NCBI RefSeq assembly: GCF_006345805.1
Contig: NC_043009.1
Location: 372,001 to 436,000, forward strand
Reading direction: 5' to 3'
Length of the DNA stretch: 64,000 nucleotides
Source of the DNA: Octopus sinensis
Taxonomy: Eukaryota
Part shown: positions 13,849 through 27,200 of the stretch, piece by piece
How positions within the stretch are numbered: position 1 is the stretch's first letter
Layout of the letters: the number at the start of each line of letters is the position of its first letter
Notes under the pieces: model-generated
Told to the model about the DNA's origin: nothing
What the model saw: the letters and a program-made list of their open reading frames with translations, nothing else
Database searches by the model: none
Position numbers and translations under genes: made by a program

Positions 13849-14240
13849 TCAGAGACATGCTTCCGTGTGTATGGAGGGGAGAAAATCAAGTGTAGTGTTG
13901 GCGAATCTCTGGAAGCAAGGAAATTTTAAGGATGCAGTGTTCCGACAGCTAACAACTGATGCCGGCAGTTTGTTCCATGCTTCAGCAACTCTTAGCGTGA
14001 AAAAATGTTTCCGAAAGTCATGGAAGCTGTGCTGTTTTCTGACTTTGTAAACATGTCCACGGGTGTTAGACAGGTGGAGTTTGAAAAGGTACTCAGAGTT
14101 ATTGTTAGTAAGATGGTTAATAATTTTATGGGTGTCTGCCAAGTCAGCTGCCAGATGTCGGAGTTTCAATGAATACATGCCCAGGGAAGAAAGGCGTTCA
14201 GAATATGGCAAATGCCTGATGGAGGGTATTCTCTTGGTTA
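13849..14240 (-). mobile_element. CR1-like LINE 3' fragment
   Basis: Reads YSERLSSLGMYSLKLR...NTRGHVYKV...FRKHFFTLRVAEAWNKLP, the typical CR1 ORF2 C-terminus. Confidence 0.8.
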
Positions 14241-14489
14241 CACATCGCTGAACGCTTTCCAGACGATTAACGTATGGCTGCGCCCAATTTTGATTTCGAA
14301 ATATTTAAAAAATATATTTGGAAATCAAAGAGAAACGAACGACGCATTTTAAAACCGAAAATTTAAAACAAAATTATCCAAAACCTTTTCCACCATGTAG
14401 CCTACCCATTTCCCGCGGCAAAACTAGTATTACATATACTGCGTGGCAAAAAGTGAAACTAAAGTGTTTTTATTTTACATATATATATA

Positions 14490-15470
14490 TACAACTGAAA
14501 ATGTTAGAAATTTCCAAAGTGTTTTTTTTTTCCTACAAAGTAAAGAAAATATTAAAGTAATTTCATGTTATATCCCATTGGAATTTCCGGAGAATAAACA
14601 GAGTTTTTCGACATTGTATTTCAAGATCCTTCAAGGCCATTTTGAGATTTCGTTCGGTGGCAAAAAATGAAACAATATGAGAGCATTAAATAAGCCTTCA
14701 AGCACATGGTAGAAATAACAGCCAAATTTCACAAAAACTCTTTCTCGCACATATTCTTTCATAAATTTTTTTTTTTACATATAAACTTCATATGGCCAAG
14801 AAGCCGATTATATCGGAATTTTTTTTTTTTTCGGAAAAAGCTATTCGTGGCGGGGCCGTGAGTTTCGACTGAAAGTTTTTTTTTCCTACAAAATGAAGAA
14901 AATATCAAAGAAATTTTATGTTACATACCGTTGGAATTTCCGGGGATAAAAGTCCGAGTTTTCCAACATTGTATTCCGAGATCCATATTTCCTATTTTTA
15001 AATTACGCTCAGTGACAAAAGTGAAACAATATTAGAGCATTAAATAAGCCTTCAAGCACATTGGAGAAATAACAGCCAAATTTCACAAAAACTCATTTTC
15101 GCATATATTCTTTTACAATTTTTTTTTTACATATGCGCTTCATATGGCTTTGAAATCGATTATATCGGATTTTTTTTTTGTTTGAAAAAAGCTATTCGTG
15201 GGGGTCAGTTTCGACTGAAATGAATCTTGCAAGGGCATTTAAAAAAATAAAATAAAGTACCGAAATAACAGCCAAAATCTCCAACAAACTCTTTTGACAC
15301 CCTCCCACACACATCTCTATGTGATGCTCATACTACACGAATTCGTAGAAAATATCAAAGAAATTTCATGTTACATACCGTTGGAATTTATGGGGAATAA
15401 AGCTTGCAGTTATGTTTCCGTGATCCTTGTATTCCATTTTGAAATTTCTCTCGGTGTCCTGAAAGGGAAA
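14490..15470. repeat. Degenerate ~300-bp tandem units next to the Merlin transposase (mirrored at ~23200-24185; related unit at 13360-13700)
   Basis: Recurrent motifs gttacataccgttggaatt and gaaataacagccaaatttcacaaaaactc. Confidence 0.7.
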
Positions 15471-15714
15471 TCAGTGACCCAACAAAATAAAAAAAATAAA
15501 TGAACGCTTTATTGTAACTACACAGTGTTCGCGATAAAATAATGAAAAAAATAAATGTGATCGATCTAATCATCTTTCTGCAAAGATTTATATCAGAGAA
15601 ATTCACGCAATCCGATTTTCGGAAAGTCTCCCCACCCCGCCCCCTTTCCTTTGTTCCGCATGTTTGCCGACTGTGACAGAAACCGAAATGTCAGTATAAA
15701 ATTAATATTCTTAC

Positions 15715-16395
15715 CTATGTCCGTGGTTTGTAAAGCTCACCAGCATCCTGTATGACCGTTTGGAATAGATCCTTCCCTCCGTGAGCAGACCTCCACATGT
15801 ATTCACACAGATGCGTCGACAATTTTTCGTGTCTAGTGTAAGTCTCTGACATTTGACGTTTGATCTGCCACCACAGACTTTCGATAGCGTTTGTGTGCGC
15901 TCCGGTGAGAGGATCCACGAAGTTGTATTTGTGATTTACAGTCAGATGCTGGAAACCGACAGCTCCAAGGCTGTCGTATGCTTTCCAGCAATCACTGATT
16001 ATTGTTGTCCCAGGCTTCATATGATGTAAAATAATCGGTTCTGGCATTGTCCTGTCCCGCTTATTTTCCGGCAACGCAATTAGAAAAGTTTCTTTTGTTT
16101 CCCGGCATACACCTCCGAACACCCACTGCCCTTCGACAAATCTTCCGCGTCGATACTTTGTTTTACCAAATTCCGATTCATCGATTTCAACAGTAAGTCT
16201 TGTGCTGCCAATAGGTTGGTCCGACCACCGGCAAATTTCACGACAGTACGAAAAATAGTCTGCTACGGTTTCTGCTGACGTTACTAACACTTTGCCATTG
16301 TCCGAGTCACTTTCAGCCGAAGAAATATTCATTTCATGGACCGTTTGATGATAAGGTAACTTATAGATAAAGCAATAAACCAGTAGCATACTCAT
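15715..16395 (-). mobile_element. Merlin / ISXO2-like (IS1595-family) DDE transposase, left-arm copy
   Basis: Motifs VEIDES.FGKTKYRRGR..EGQWVFGG, GTTIISDCWKAY, HLTVNHKYNFVDP.TGAHTNAIESLW. 226-aa open frame lacking the usual N-terminal zinc ribbon. Confidence 0.9.
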
Positions 16396-17429
16396 TATTT
16401 ACATTCGACTGTTCTCATCTTGAGTGTTTCATAGCGAGGGCTTCTGACTTAAGCAGCAACGAAATGGTGCCGTATTGTTTTCCCATCGCTATGTTCTCGA
16501 TGTCATTTCTGACGCACCTCAGCGCCGCCTCAATATTTACTCGGGCAATTAAAGCCGCTCTTTTCGTGCCTGCTGAGATGCTTCTGAAAATCCCCGTTCT
16601 TCTCACCACTGCTTCTCACCACATTGGCCCTAGTTTTCTCTTGTTTAATCAGTTTCCGTGCCTGCGTTAGCATCTGGTCCCTATTTGTAAGCCCCACGGT
16701 AATGCATTGTTTGTTCTTTGCTGCTGCCGCGAACGTGCTTTTGGTGTTGGTACTGTTCCCCATTGTTGTTGTTGCTGCTGCGCACTGCTGCTGTTGTTTT
16801 TGTCGTTGTTGTTGGTATTGGTTTTGTTGTTGCTGCTGCTGTCACTTTGGCTCTCGTTGTTGCTATTGCTACTGCTTGTGCAGTTGCTGTTTTTTCGTGG
16901 TTGTTATTGCTGTTACTACTACTGCTGCTGCGACTACTGTCGCTGTTGCTGTTGTTGTCGTTGCTACTGCTACTGCTGTTAATTGCTACTATTGTTCTTA
17001 CTATGAAGTGGACTTTGTACCTTGACAGTCTTGTTTTTCTCCTCCTCTCCTTCCCCTGTATTTTTGTCAATAATGAAGGGAAGGGAGGGAAATCTTCAGC
17101 CATCGCCATATTCAAAGGTCAATCTTTCAAGACGCGCTCCGCCATTTTGTTGAGTTGTGTTCGATTCAATTAAATTAAACGCTCACCGAAATTATTTGGT
17201 GGGCCTAATATAGCGCCTCTATGGGCCAAAGAACCATAGAAAACCAGTAACAGGTACCTGGTGTTCTATTGACAACTTGGGATAAAATGAATATTACAAA
17301 AAAACACCAATCCTGGTGTAAATAAATGTTTTGACCTGAACTTACTTGGAACGTTCGAAAAACGTCCGATGTATCCGCAGCAAATATATAATAATGATGA
17401 TGATGATGATAATAATAATGATGATGATG

Positions 17430-17486
<57 letters not shown>

Positions 17487-17804
17487 GCCTTATGTAGTGC
17501 CAGACAGTGGCTCTCATGGCTTCTCATTTTAACTGATTGGAAGTATTATCATGTGCATGCTTTGTCTTGGTATGAAAGATGGGCTACAGCAAATATTCTT
17601 CTCAATCCACAGATTTGCTTGTCAATTATTTGACCTTAAGCAGTTGAGCATGTCCTTTGCTGGCTGACGATATGTGCATCTCTGAACCCGAGCAGAAGTA
17701 GTGGAGGAGCATCGTAACCATGTGTGAGAGGAATTCTTTGGTGTTTGAGTAATTTACCTTTGGAAACATGGGTGTTTTGTTCCACATCCTTAAACAACCC
17801 TTAT

Positions 17805-17996
17805 TCAAAGGCCAATAAACCAGATATTGTTGTGAAAGACCAAAACAATAATTTAACTTAAAAAAAAAAAAATGAACGAACTACTGAGTTTGGTTTAATG
17901 GCCTACCAATGTATACTATGAGTTTCTTTGCCCTAGGAGTCGGGAAGACACTCGGCAAGAAATGGAAGCAAATTTGAAAGAAGAAAAAAACAAAGA
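17805..17996 (+). mobile_element. Internally deleted 3' tail of family-1 R4/Dong element
   Basis: Matches 11587-11790 directly and 20352-20848 inversely, with ~306 bp missing. Confidence 0.85.
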
Positions 17997-18094
17997 TAAT
18001 AATAATAATAATAATAATAGTCATGATGTGTATATTGGACTTCGTATATTTGTACACCAGTGTCACTTTGATGGCATGCACGACTTCTCACTCG

Positions 18095-18189
<95 letters not shown>

Positions 18190-18544
18190 TTAATAATAAT
18201 AATAATAATAAACATTATGGTGTGTATGTAGTTAAGGTGGAAATAAAATTAAACGATACTGCACAGAGTTGATGAACAAAACAAATATGGTTGTTTGTGG
18301 TTTATTTTTCAGATCATAGAAACAGGGTATATTATTCAAATATTGATTTATTATTAGTAGGAGCTGTGTGATATTATCTTCTGTAAGAAAAAATTGTTCT
18401 TAATTAGCGATGCATGTCGTAATATACGTTCTTAATAATACATGTTTGTAGGTCTATCTCACATTGCTCCTAAAGCAGATATATATATATGTATGTATAT
18501 GTATAAGTCATTAAATAGTGGGGTTGTGTTAACCGCGCGTGGAG

Positions 18545-19335
18545 AATGATAGGAGAGGAAAAATTTTGAGGCAGAATGCTAATTTGAAAGTAAATTTTAA
18601 TAAAAAAGGAAGGCTTCTTTTACGCAGACAAACGAGCCTTCCCTTACGCAGAAGAGTAGCAGTCCATAAAGAACAGATAAATCTCCCACAATATCGTCAA
18701 ATTACACTCAGTAGTCACATAGACTTTTGCGCTAGAGATAAAAATCCTAAATTTCACATATTCCTTTTCTACCAATGTAAAGAGAGAATCTCTACACAAG
18801 AAAGAATCAACAAGGAGAATTATTTATTGAAAAATTCCAAACGCGTCTTAATATGCAATCTCCACGGTGACCATACTCCTTTTTCTAGCATCCTATCTGA
18901 CAAAAAATTGATATAAGCATCCTGCTTGACAAAAAGTCCACCATTCCAATTAAAGAGCATAAAATCCACAGAATTGTTTCCCCTTACTCACAGGAGCTGG
19001 ATAACTCCTACCGCATTTCCTGTTTTGACACACAATCACCCACACTTTCAAAATATACACTACATTTAAACACATGCATCCTAATCTTCCAAAGAAGTTT
19101 TTCCAAGGACAATTATTGAACTGTAAAAGCATAAAGACTCTACCATGTATTGGTATACTTATTTATTAATTTTTGTATATATGTATTATCATTTTTTTAA
19201 AAAACATTGTAAATTTATTTTCCCCTACTTCAATTTAAAAAAAAAATCCCCTTCCAAATCTTGAAAATTTCCCTTGCAATTAAAAGCGTTTTGATTTATT
19301 TTTTCTTTTTTAATTTTTCATACACCCATTTCTAT
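18545..19335. mobile_element. TIR-bearing non-coding element filling the spacer of duplication 1; its right part recurs at 52457-52900
   Basis: 18965-19335 matches 52457-52845 at roughly 95% or more. 18557-18607 is the reverse complement of 52843-52895, which behaves as a ~50-bp terminal inverted repeat. Confidence 0.6.
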
Positions 19336-19600
19336 TATAATGTATTATTAAGAACGTATATTACGACATGTATTGCTAATTAAGAACAATTTTTCTTACA
19401 CCAGATAATAACACATAGCACCTACTAATAGTAAGTCAATATTTTAATAATATACCCTGTTTCTATGATATGAATAATAAACCATAAACAACCATATTTG
19501 TTTTGTTCATCAACTCTGTGCAGTATCGTTTAATTTTATCTCCACCTTAACTACATACACACCATAATGATTATAATCATTATTATTATTATTATTATTA

Positions 19601-19632
<32 letters not shown>

Positions 19633-19642
19633 TATTATTATA

Positions 19643-19697
<55 letters not shown>

Positions 19698-19751
19698 TAT
19701 TAATATTATTATTATTATATTATTATTATTAATGTTATTATTATTATTATT

Positions 19752-20304
19752 GAGTGAGAGAGCAGTTCATGCCATCAAAGTGACACTGGGTAAAATATAC
19801 GAAGCCCAATATACCCATCATGACTACCGTCTGATAAGGTACACCAGGCACATGCATCACAACCATATGTGCGCGACATGGTGATCTCATATCAAGATAA
19901 ACAGCACATGACCTTGCAGGTGGGGCCCAGTTAGAATTTTCTTCAGGTTGAGTAGCCCATCCCGCTCAAACGGTCCCTGAATAAGGGTTGTTTAAGGATG
20001 TTGAAAGAACCACCCATGTTTCCAGAGGTGAACTATTCAAACCCCAAAGAATCCTTCTCAACACATGGCTATGATGCTCCCCCACTACTTCTGCTCATGA
20101 TCAGAGATGCACATATCTTCAGCCACTAAGGGACATGCTCAACTGGTTAAGGTCAAACAACTGACAAGCAAATCTGTGGTATTGAGCAGAATATTTGCTG
20201 TAGCCCATCTTTTATACCAAGACAAAACAATGTACATGATTACACTTCCAATCAGTTAAGATCAGAAGCCATGAGAGCTACTGCCTGGTACTGCATCAGG
20301 ACAT
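19752..20304 (-). mobile_element. Non-coding ~550-bp interspersed element flanked by (TAA)n
   Basis: Complete copy between TAA tracts. Partial copies at 17485-17807 (+), 18019-18093 (+) and 20848-21172 (-). No long ORF. Confidence 0.75.
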
Positions 20305-20351
20305 TTATTATTATTATTATTATTATTAATATTATTATTATTATTATTATT

Positions 20352-20848
20352 ATCTTTGTTTTTTCTTCTTTCAAATTTGCTTCCATTTCTTGCCGAGTGT
20401 CTTCCCGACTCCTAGGGCAAAGAAACTCATAGTATACATTGGTAGGCCATTAAACCAAACTCAGTAGTTCGTTCATTTTTTTTTTTTTTAAGTTAAATTA
20501 AAATACATGAGCAGCAACAGTTCTCACATCGACAATGCTCTTCTCAATACGTGTGATGTACAAGTTAAGACAATCTTTTGCACTTCTTGCAGGGATGGTA
20601 AGCCAGGGATCATTCTCATATAATTTTCGGTTCCCTTCTTGATCATTCCTAGTGCTCCTACGATCACTGGTATTGTAACCGCCTTGAGATGCCACATTTT
20701 CTCAATTTCAATGAGTAGGTCTTTATATTTTCTGAGCTTGTCAAATTCTTTCGCTGAGATATTATGATCACAGGGGATGCTCATGTCGATCAATAAGCAA
20801 ACTTTATTGCTTTGGTCTTTCACAACAATATCTGGTTTATTGGCCTTT
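20352..20848 (-). mobile_element. 3' tail of family-1 R4/Dong element with intact RLE C-terminus
   Basis: Reads KANKPDIVVKDQSNKVCLLIDMSIP...EFDKLRKYKDL...RRALSM*, followed by the 3'UTR shared with 11650-11790. Confidence 0.88.
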
Positions 20849-21170
20849 GAATAAGGGTTGTTTAAGGATGTGGAACAAAACACCCATGTTTCCAAAGGTA
20901 AATTACTCAAACACCAAAGAATTCCTCTCAACACATGGTTACGATGCTCCTCCACTACTTCTGCTCGGGTTCAGAGATGCACATATCGTCAGCCAGCAAA
21001 GGACATGCTCAACTGCTTAAGGTCAAATAATTGACAAGCAAATCTGTGGTATTGAGAAGAATATTTGCTGTAGCCCATCTTTCATACCAAGACAAAGCAT
21101 GCACATGATAATACTTCCAATCAGTTAAAATGAGAAGCCATGAGAGCCACTGTCTGGCACTACATAAGGC

Positions 21171-21226
<56 letters not shown>

Positions 21227-22276
21227 TATTATTATCATCATCATCATTATTATTATCATCATCATCATCATTATTATTATATTTGCTGCGGAATACATCG
21301 GACGTGTTTTCGAACGTTCCAAGTAAGTTCAGGTCAAAACATTTATTTACACCAGGATTGGTGTTTTTTTGTAATATTCATTTTATCCCAAGTTGTCAAT
21401 AGAAACACCAGGTACCTGTTACTGGTTTTCTATGGTTCTTTGGCCCATAGAGGCGCTATATTAGGCCCACCAAATAATTTCGGTGAGCGTTTAATTTAAT
21501 TGAATCGAACACAACTCAACAAAATGGCGGAGCGCGTCTTGAAAGAGTTGACCTTTGAATATGGCGATGGCTGAAGATTTCCCTCCCCTTCCCTTCATTA
21601 TTGACAAAAATACAGGGGAAGGAGAGGAGGAGAAAAACAAGACTGTCAAGGTACAAAGTCCACTTCATAGTAAGAACAATAGTAGCAATTAACAGCAGTA
21701 GCAGTAGCAACGACAACAACAGCAACAGCGACAGTAGTCGCAGCAGCAGTAGTAGTAACAGCAATAACAACCACGAAAAAACAGCAACTGCACAAGCAGT
21801 AGCAATAGCAACAACGAGAGCCAAAGTGACAGCAGCAGCAACAACAAAACCAATACCAACAACAACGACAAAAACAACAGCAGCAGTGCGCAGCAGCAAC
21901 AACAACAATGGGGAACAGTACCAACACCAAAAGCACGTTCGGGCAGCAGCAAAAAAGAACAAACAATGCATTACCGTGGGGCTTACAAATAGGGACCAGA
22001 TGCTAACGCAGGCACGGAAACTGATTAAACAAGAGAAAACTAGGGCCAATGTGGTGAGAAGCAGTGGTGAGAAGAACGGGGATTTTCAGAAGCATCTCAG
22101 CAGGCACGAAAAGAGCGGCTTTAATTGCCCGAGTAAATATTGAGGCGGCGCTGAGGTGCGTCAGAAATGACATCGAGAACATAGCGATGGGAAAACAATA
22201 CGGCACCATTTCGTTGCTGCTTAAGTCAGAAGCCCTCGCTATGAAACACTCAAGATGAGAACAGTCGAATGTAAAT

Positions 22277-22955
22277 AATGAGTATGCTACTGTTTATTGC
22301 TTTATCTATAAGTTACCTTATCATCAAACGGTCCATGAAATGAATATTTCTTCGGCTGAAAGTGACTCGGACAATGGCAAAGTGTTAGTAACGTCAGCAG
22401 AAACCGTAGCAGACTATTTTTCGTACTGTCGTGAAATTTGCCGGTGGTCGGTCCAACCTATTGGCAGCACAAGACTTACTGTTGAAATCGATGAATCGGA
22501 ATTTGTAAAACAAAGTATCGACGCGGAAGATTTGTCGAAGGGCAGTGGGTGTCGGAGGTGTATGCCGGGAAACAAAAGAAACTTTTCTAATTGCGTTGCC
22601 GGAAAATAAGCGGGACAGGACAATGCCAGAACCGATTATTTTACATCATATGAAGCCTGGGACAACAATAATCAGTGATTGCTGGAAAGCATACGACAGC
22701 CTTGGAGCTGTCGGTTTCCAGCATCTGACTGTAAATCACAAATACAACTTCGTGGATCCTCTCACCGGAGCGCACACAAACGCTATCGAAAGTCTGTGGT
22801 GGCAGATCAAACGTCAAATGTCAGAGACTTACACTAGACACGAAAAATTGTCGACGCATCTGTGTGAATACATGTGGAGGTCTGCTCACGGAGGGAAGGA
22901 TCTATTCCAAACGGTCATACAGGATGCTGGTGAGCTTTACAAACCACGGACATAG
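22277..22955 (+). mobile_element. Merlin / ISXO2-like transposase, right-arm copy, frameshifted
   Basis: Near-identical inverted copy of 15715-16395 with three 1-nt deletions. Confidence 0.9.
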
Positions 22956-24232
22956 GTAAGAATATTAATTTTATACTGACATTTCGGTTTCTGTCACAGT
23001 CGGCAAACATGCGGAACAAAGGAAAGGGGCGGGGTGGGGAGACTTTCCGAAAATCGGATTGCGTGAATTTCTCTGATATAAATCTTTGCAGAAAGATGAT
23101 TAGATCGATCACATTTATTTTTTTCATTATTTTATCGCGAACACTGTGTAGTTACAATAAAGCGTTCATATTTTTTATTTTGTTGGGTCACTGATTTCCC
23201 TTTCAGGACACCGAGAGAAATTTCAAAATGGAATACAAGGATCACGGAAACATAACTGCAAGCTTTATTCCCCATAAATTCCAACGGTATGTAACATGAA
23301 ATTTCTTTGATATTTTCTACTACGATTCGTGTAGTATGAGCATCACATAGAGATGTGTGTGGGAGGGTGTCAAAAGAGTTTGTTGGAGATTTTGGCTGTT
23401 ATTCGGTACTTTATTTATTTTTTAAATGCCCTTGCAAGATTCATTTCAGTCGAAACTGACCCCCACGAATAGCTTTTTTCAAACAAAAAAAAAATCCGAT
23501 ATAATCGATTTCAAAGCCATATGAAGCGCATATGTAAAAAAAAAATTGTAAAAGAATATATGCGAAAATGAGTTTGTGTGAAATTTGGCTGTTATTTCTC
23601 CAATGTGCTTGAAGGCTTATTTAATGCTCTAATATTGTTTCACTTTTGTCACTGAGCGTAATTTAAAAATAGGAAATATGGATCTCGAAATACAATGTTG
23701 GAAAACTCGGACTTTTATCCCCGGAAATTCCAACGGTATGTAACATAAAATTCTTTGATATTTTCTTCATTTTGTAGGAAAAAAAAAACTTTCAGTCGAA
23801 ACTCACGGCCCCGCCACGAATAGCTTTTTCCGAAAAAAAAAAAATTCCGATATAATCGGCTTCTTGGCCATATGAAGTTTATTATGTAAAAAAAAAATTT
23901 ATGAAAGAATATGTGCGAGAAAGAGTTTTTGTGAAATTTGGCTGTTATTTCTACCATGTGCTTGAAGGCTTATTAATGCTCTCATATTGTTTCATTTTTT
24001 GCCACCGAACGAAATCTCAAAATGGCCTTGAAGGGTCTTGAAATACAATGTCGAAAAACTCTGTTTATTCTCCGGAAATTCCAATGGGATATAACATGAA
24101 ATTACTTTAATATTTTCTTTACTTTGTAGGAAAAAATAAAAAACACTCTGGAACTTTCCAATACTTTCAGTGTATATATATATATATATATATTAAAATA
24201 AGAAAAGACAAGATTTCAGTGTCATTATATAC

Positions 24233-24263
<31 letters not shown>

Positions 24264-27200
24264 TCTCTCTATATATAAACGGCAGTTTGTCTGTGCGTGC
24301 TTCTGTGTGTCTGTTTTCTCGTACCCTCACCCTGACCACGGCTTTCAACCGATTCTGATGAAACTTGACACACACATAGCCCAATGTCATAATTCAAAAC
24401 TAACGAAGCGAAAATTTTGAAAAGTTCCCCCAGTTCTGAAAAAAATTGATAAATTCGACATGGGGTCGAGAATCATAAACATGAACCACAGACTGTCTAG
24501 GGGACGCAACTCGAGAATCTAAGCTTTTTATGCAACGCATTATCTATGGTAGTTTTCACAACTTGCAATCGATTTTCACCAAACTCATGGTGAAGCTTAA
24601 TGTTACCCTAAGAAACTCAATTCTGACGTTAGTTTTCCATGCAATACCTTACCATCAGAAACAATCGATAAAATCATGCCATTTTGGGAAATCGCGTTCA
24701 AATTCAAGATGTCATATTTTCGACAATATCTTTCACAAATGGCAGGAATCTTTTTTTTTTCACAACGAGCATCATGTCTGCTCCAAGGAGCTATATAGCC
24801 CTTTTTATTCCAATAGGATACATTATTGGAAAAAATCGGTTAATTTAATCATATGTGGCACACATAGCAAACAAATTTGTGTATTAAACACAAACCAGAC
24901 TGTCTAGGGGACGCAACTTGACCTTTTTAGCTATCGATAATTCGATCCAACCAATTCCTACCAGGAAGAAATTACATTCGAGACTTTACCCCCAACACCG
25001 CCACTTCTGCTAATAGCTGCTGCAGCCGCAAGTTATTCGAATACTTTTTGGGTTTAAACTTTCTTTATAACTACCACCCCAAACGTTTTACCTTCAATTT
25101 TTGACGTACCCTAACGGTCCTCGGACGCTACTTGCAAACTCTTGGTTTATTATAAACCACTTTTGTCGTGTGCATCAAAAAACTTTTCCTTTCGTTTGTT
25201 GTTCAGTTTGATCACTTTTGACTTTTTCGTTGTTGTCACTCACATTGCTGCCAGCTTTTTGGCCGTTTTTGTACATTTTTATACATTTTCGGATACTTAC
25301 CCCACGAGCTCCTTTTTATTACACCTTTACCAAACACATTGCTATCCACCAAAATACTTACCCCACGTGTTCCTTTTTATTACACCTTTGCCAAACACAT
25401 TGCTATCCACCAAAATGCCACCCAAGAAGAGAAGGACCATCCTCAGCCCTCGGACGGCCAAGGCATCGGCTGCTAGGGCTAGAAGGGCACGCGAGACCCA
25501 CGAGGAAACCGCCTTGCGCCTCTCGCAAACAGCTTCCCGTTATGCCGCTGCTCAGGCATCTGAAACTACTAGCGACCGTTCTACCCGACTTGCAAGGGTC
25601 GCAGCGTACAGATCTTCCCTCCGCTCGAGGTTGACGAAAGAGCAACAGTCCAGCCAAAACATGCGGGCTTCTTACTGTGCTTCCATCCGCAGAGAGCTCG
25701 CGAGAACCCCGAACAAAGGGCCATTTGGAATGCGGCTAACGCCACTAGCACTGCCAGGACACGATCTGTCGAAACCTCACAGCAGAGGAGAACTCGCCAA
25801 GATGCTGACGCCGCAAACAAAGCCATGGCCAAAGCTGCCGAAACACCTCAACAGAGGAGAGCTCGCCAAGCTGCTAACGCCGCAAACACAGCCAGGGCTC
25901 GATCTGCCGAAACTCCACACCAACGGACTATTCGGACATCCAGACATGCCATTAACACTGCTTCTGCTAGGGCTTCAGAGGGTGCTGAGGCGAGAGCTGA
26001 AAGGCTTTCAAGGGATGCCACTGCTACCGCTGTCGCACGTGCATCTGAATCTGCTGAGGCACGGTGCACTCGACTTGAGAGTATCAACAAACGTCGGGAT
26101 ATCATTCGTGGTGTACGTACCCCTTCCCCCGCTTTCTGGTTGTCACTAGCATTCAACTACGACGCCACAATTAACTTCCCCTTGCGTGACGACATCAAGA
26201 TAGGGTCAATGACAATTGTATGCCAGTTTTGCAAAGCCAAGAAATGGCCCGGAGAGCCACCTGGTTTGTGCTGCTCTGGTGGCAAAGTGGACCTGCCACC
26301 CCTACGGGAACCACCTCAACCACTGAAGGATCTCGCGGCGGGTTTAACCCTCGAATCGTCACAATTCCTTGAAATAATTCGAAAGTACAACTGCTCATTC
26401 CAAATGACCTCTTTCGGGGCCAAAATTCCTCCCAGAGAAGGCTGGATGCCTACTTTCAAAGTGCAGGGACAGGTCTACCATCTTATTGGGTCACTTCTGC
26501 CAGACGAGATTCAGCAGTCTTCTTTCCTCCAAATATACTTCATTGCCGACTACAACCACCAGGTTGATGCACGCCTTGGAATAATACCGGGTACAAGCTA
26601 TGTTCCCCGCAAAGACATTCTTCTCCGTCTCCAAACCATGCTTCATGATATCAACAGCTACGTCTGCAGCTTCAGATATGCCTTGGACAGTGCTCCTTCT
26701 CCAAACTTCACCGTTGTCATTGACCTGATAAACGACCCCACGGGGAGCACGAACGCCGTTTCAACGCACCTGCGTGCAACGAAATTGCCGCAGTTATACA
26801 CGGAGAGCAACACAACAGCCGTGACATAATCATCTCCTCCCGTGGTAACAACCTACACAGGATCAGCGAGACTCACAGATCTTATGACGCGCTTCAGTAT
26901 CCATTGCTTTTCCCTTATGGGGAAGACGGCTACCACTTCGGAATTCCTTTACGGCAGCCCTCCAATCAAACTACTGCGGCATCAAAGACGGTTCCTGCAG
27001 GGCGTTCTACTCATACCGGTTCATGGTCAGGGAGGGTGAGTTCAACTTGTTGCCCCGTTGTCGTCAGCTATTCAACCAGTTCGCCGTCGACATGGCCGCA
27101 AAAATGGAATCGGAAAGGCTGCTATACATTAAACTTAATCAGACCAAACTTCGCTCCGACTCCTACATTCATCTCCGTGACGGTTTGCAACAAGAAAATG

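Noticed and set aside
14480-24185. Palindromes as pure long-read fold-back artefacts
   Set aside because: The arms differ by substitutions and by independent multi-kb TE insertions and deletions, which a fold-back read cannot produce. Only the 1-nt indels may be errors.
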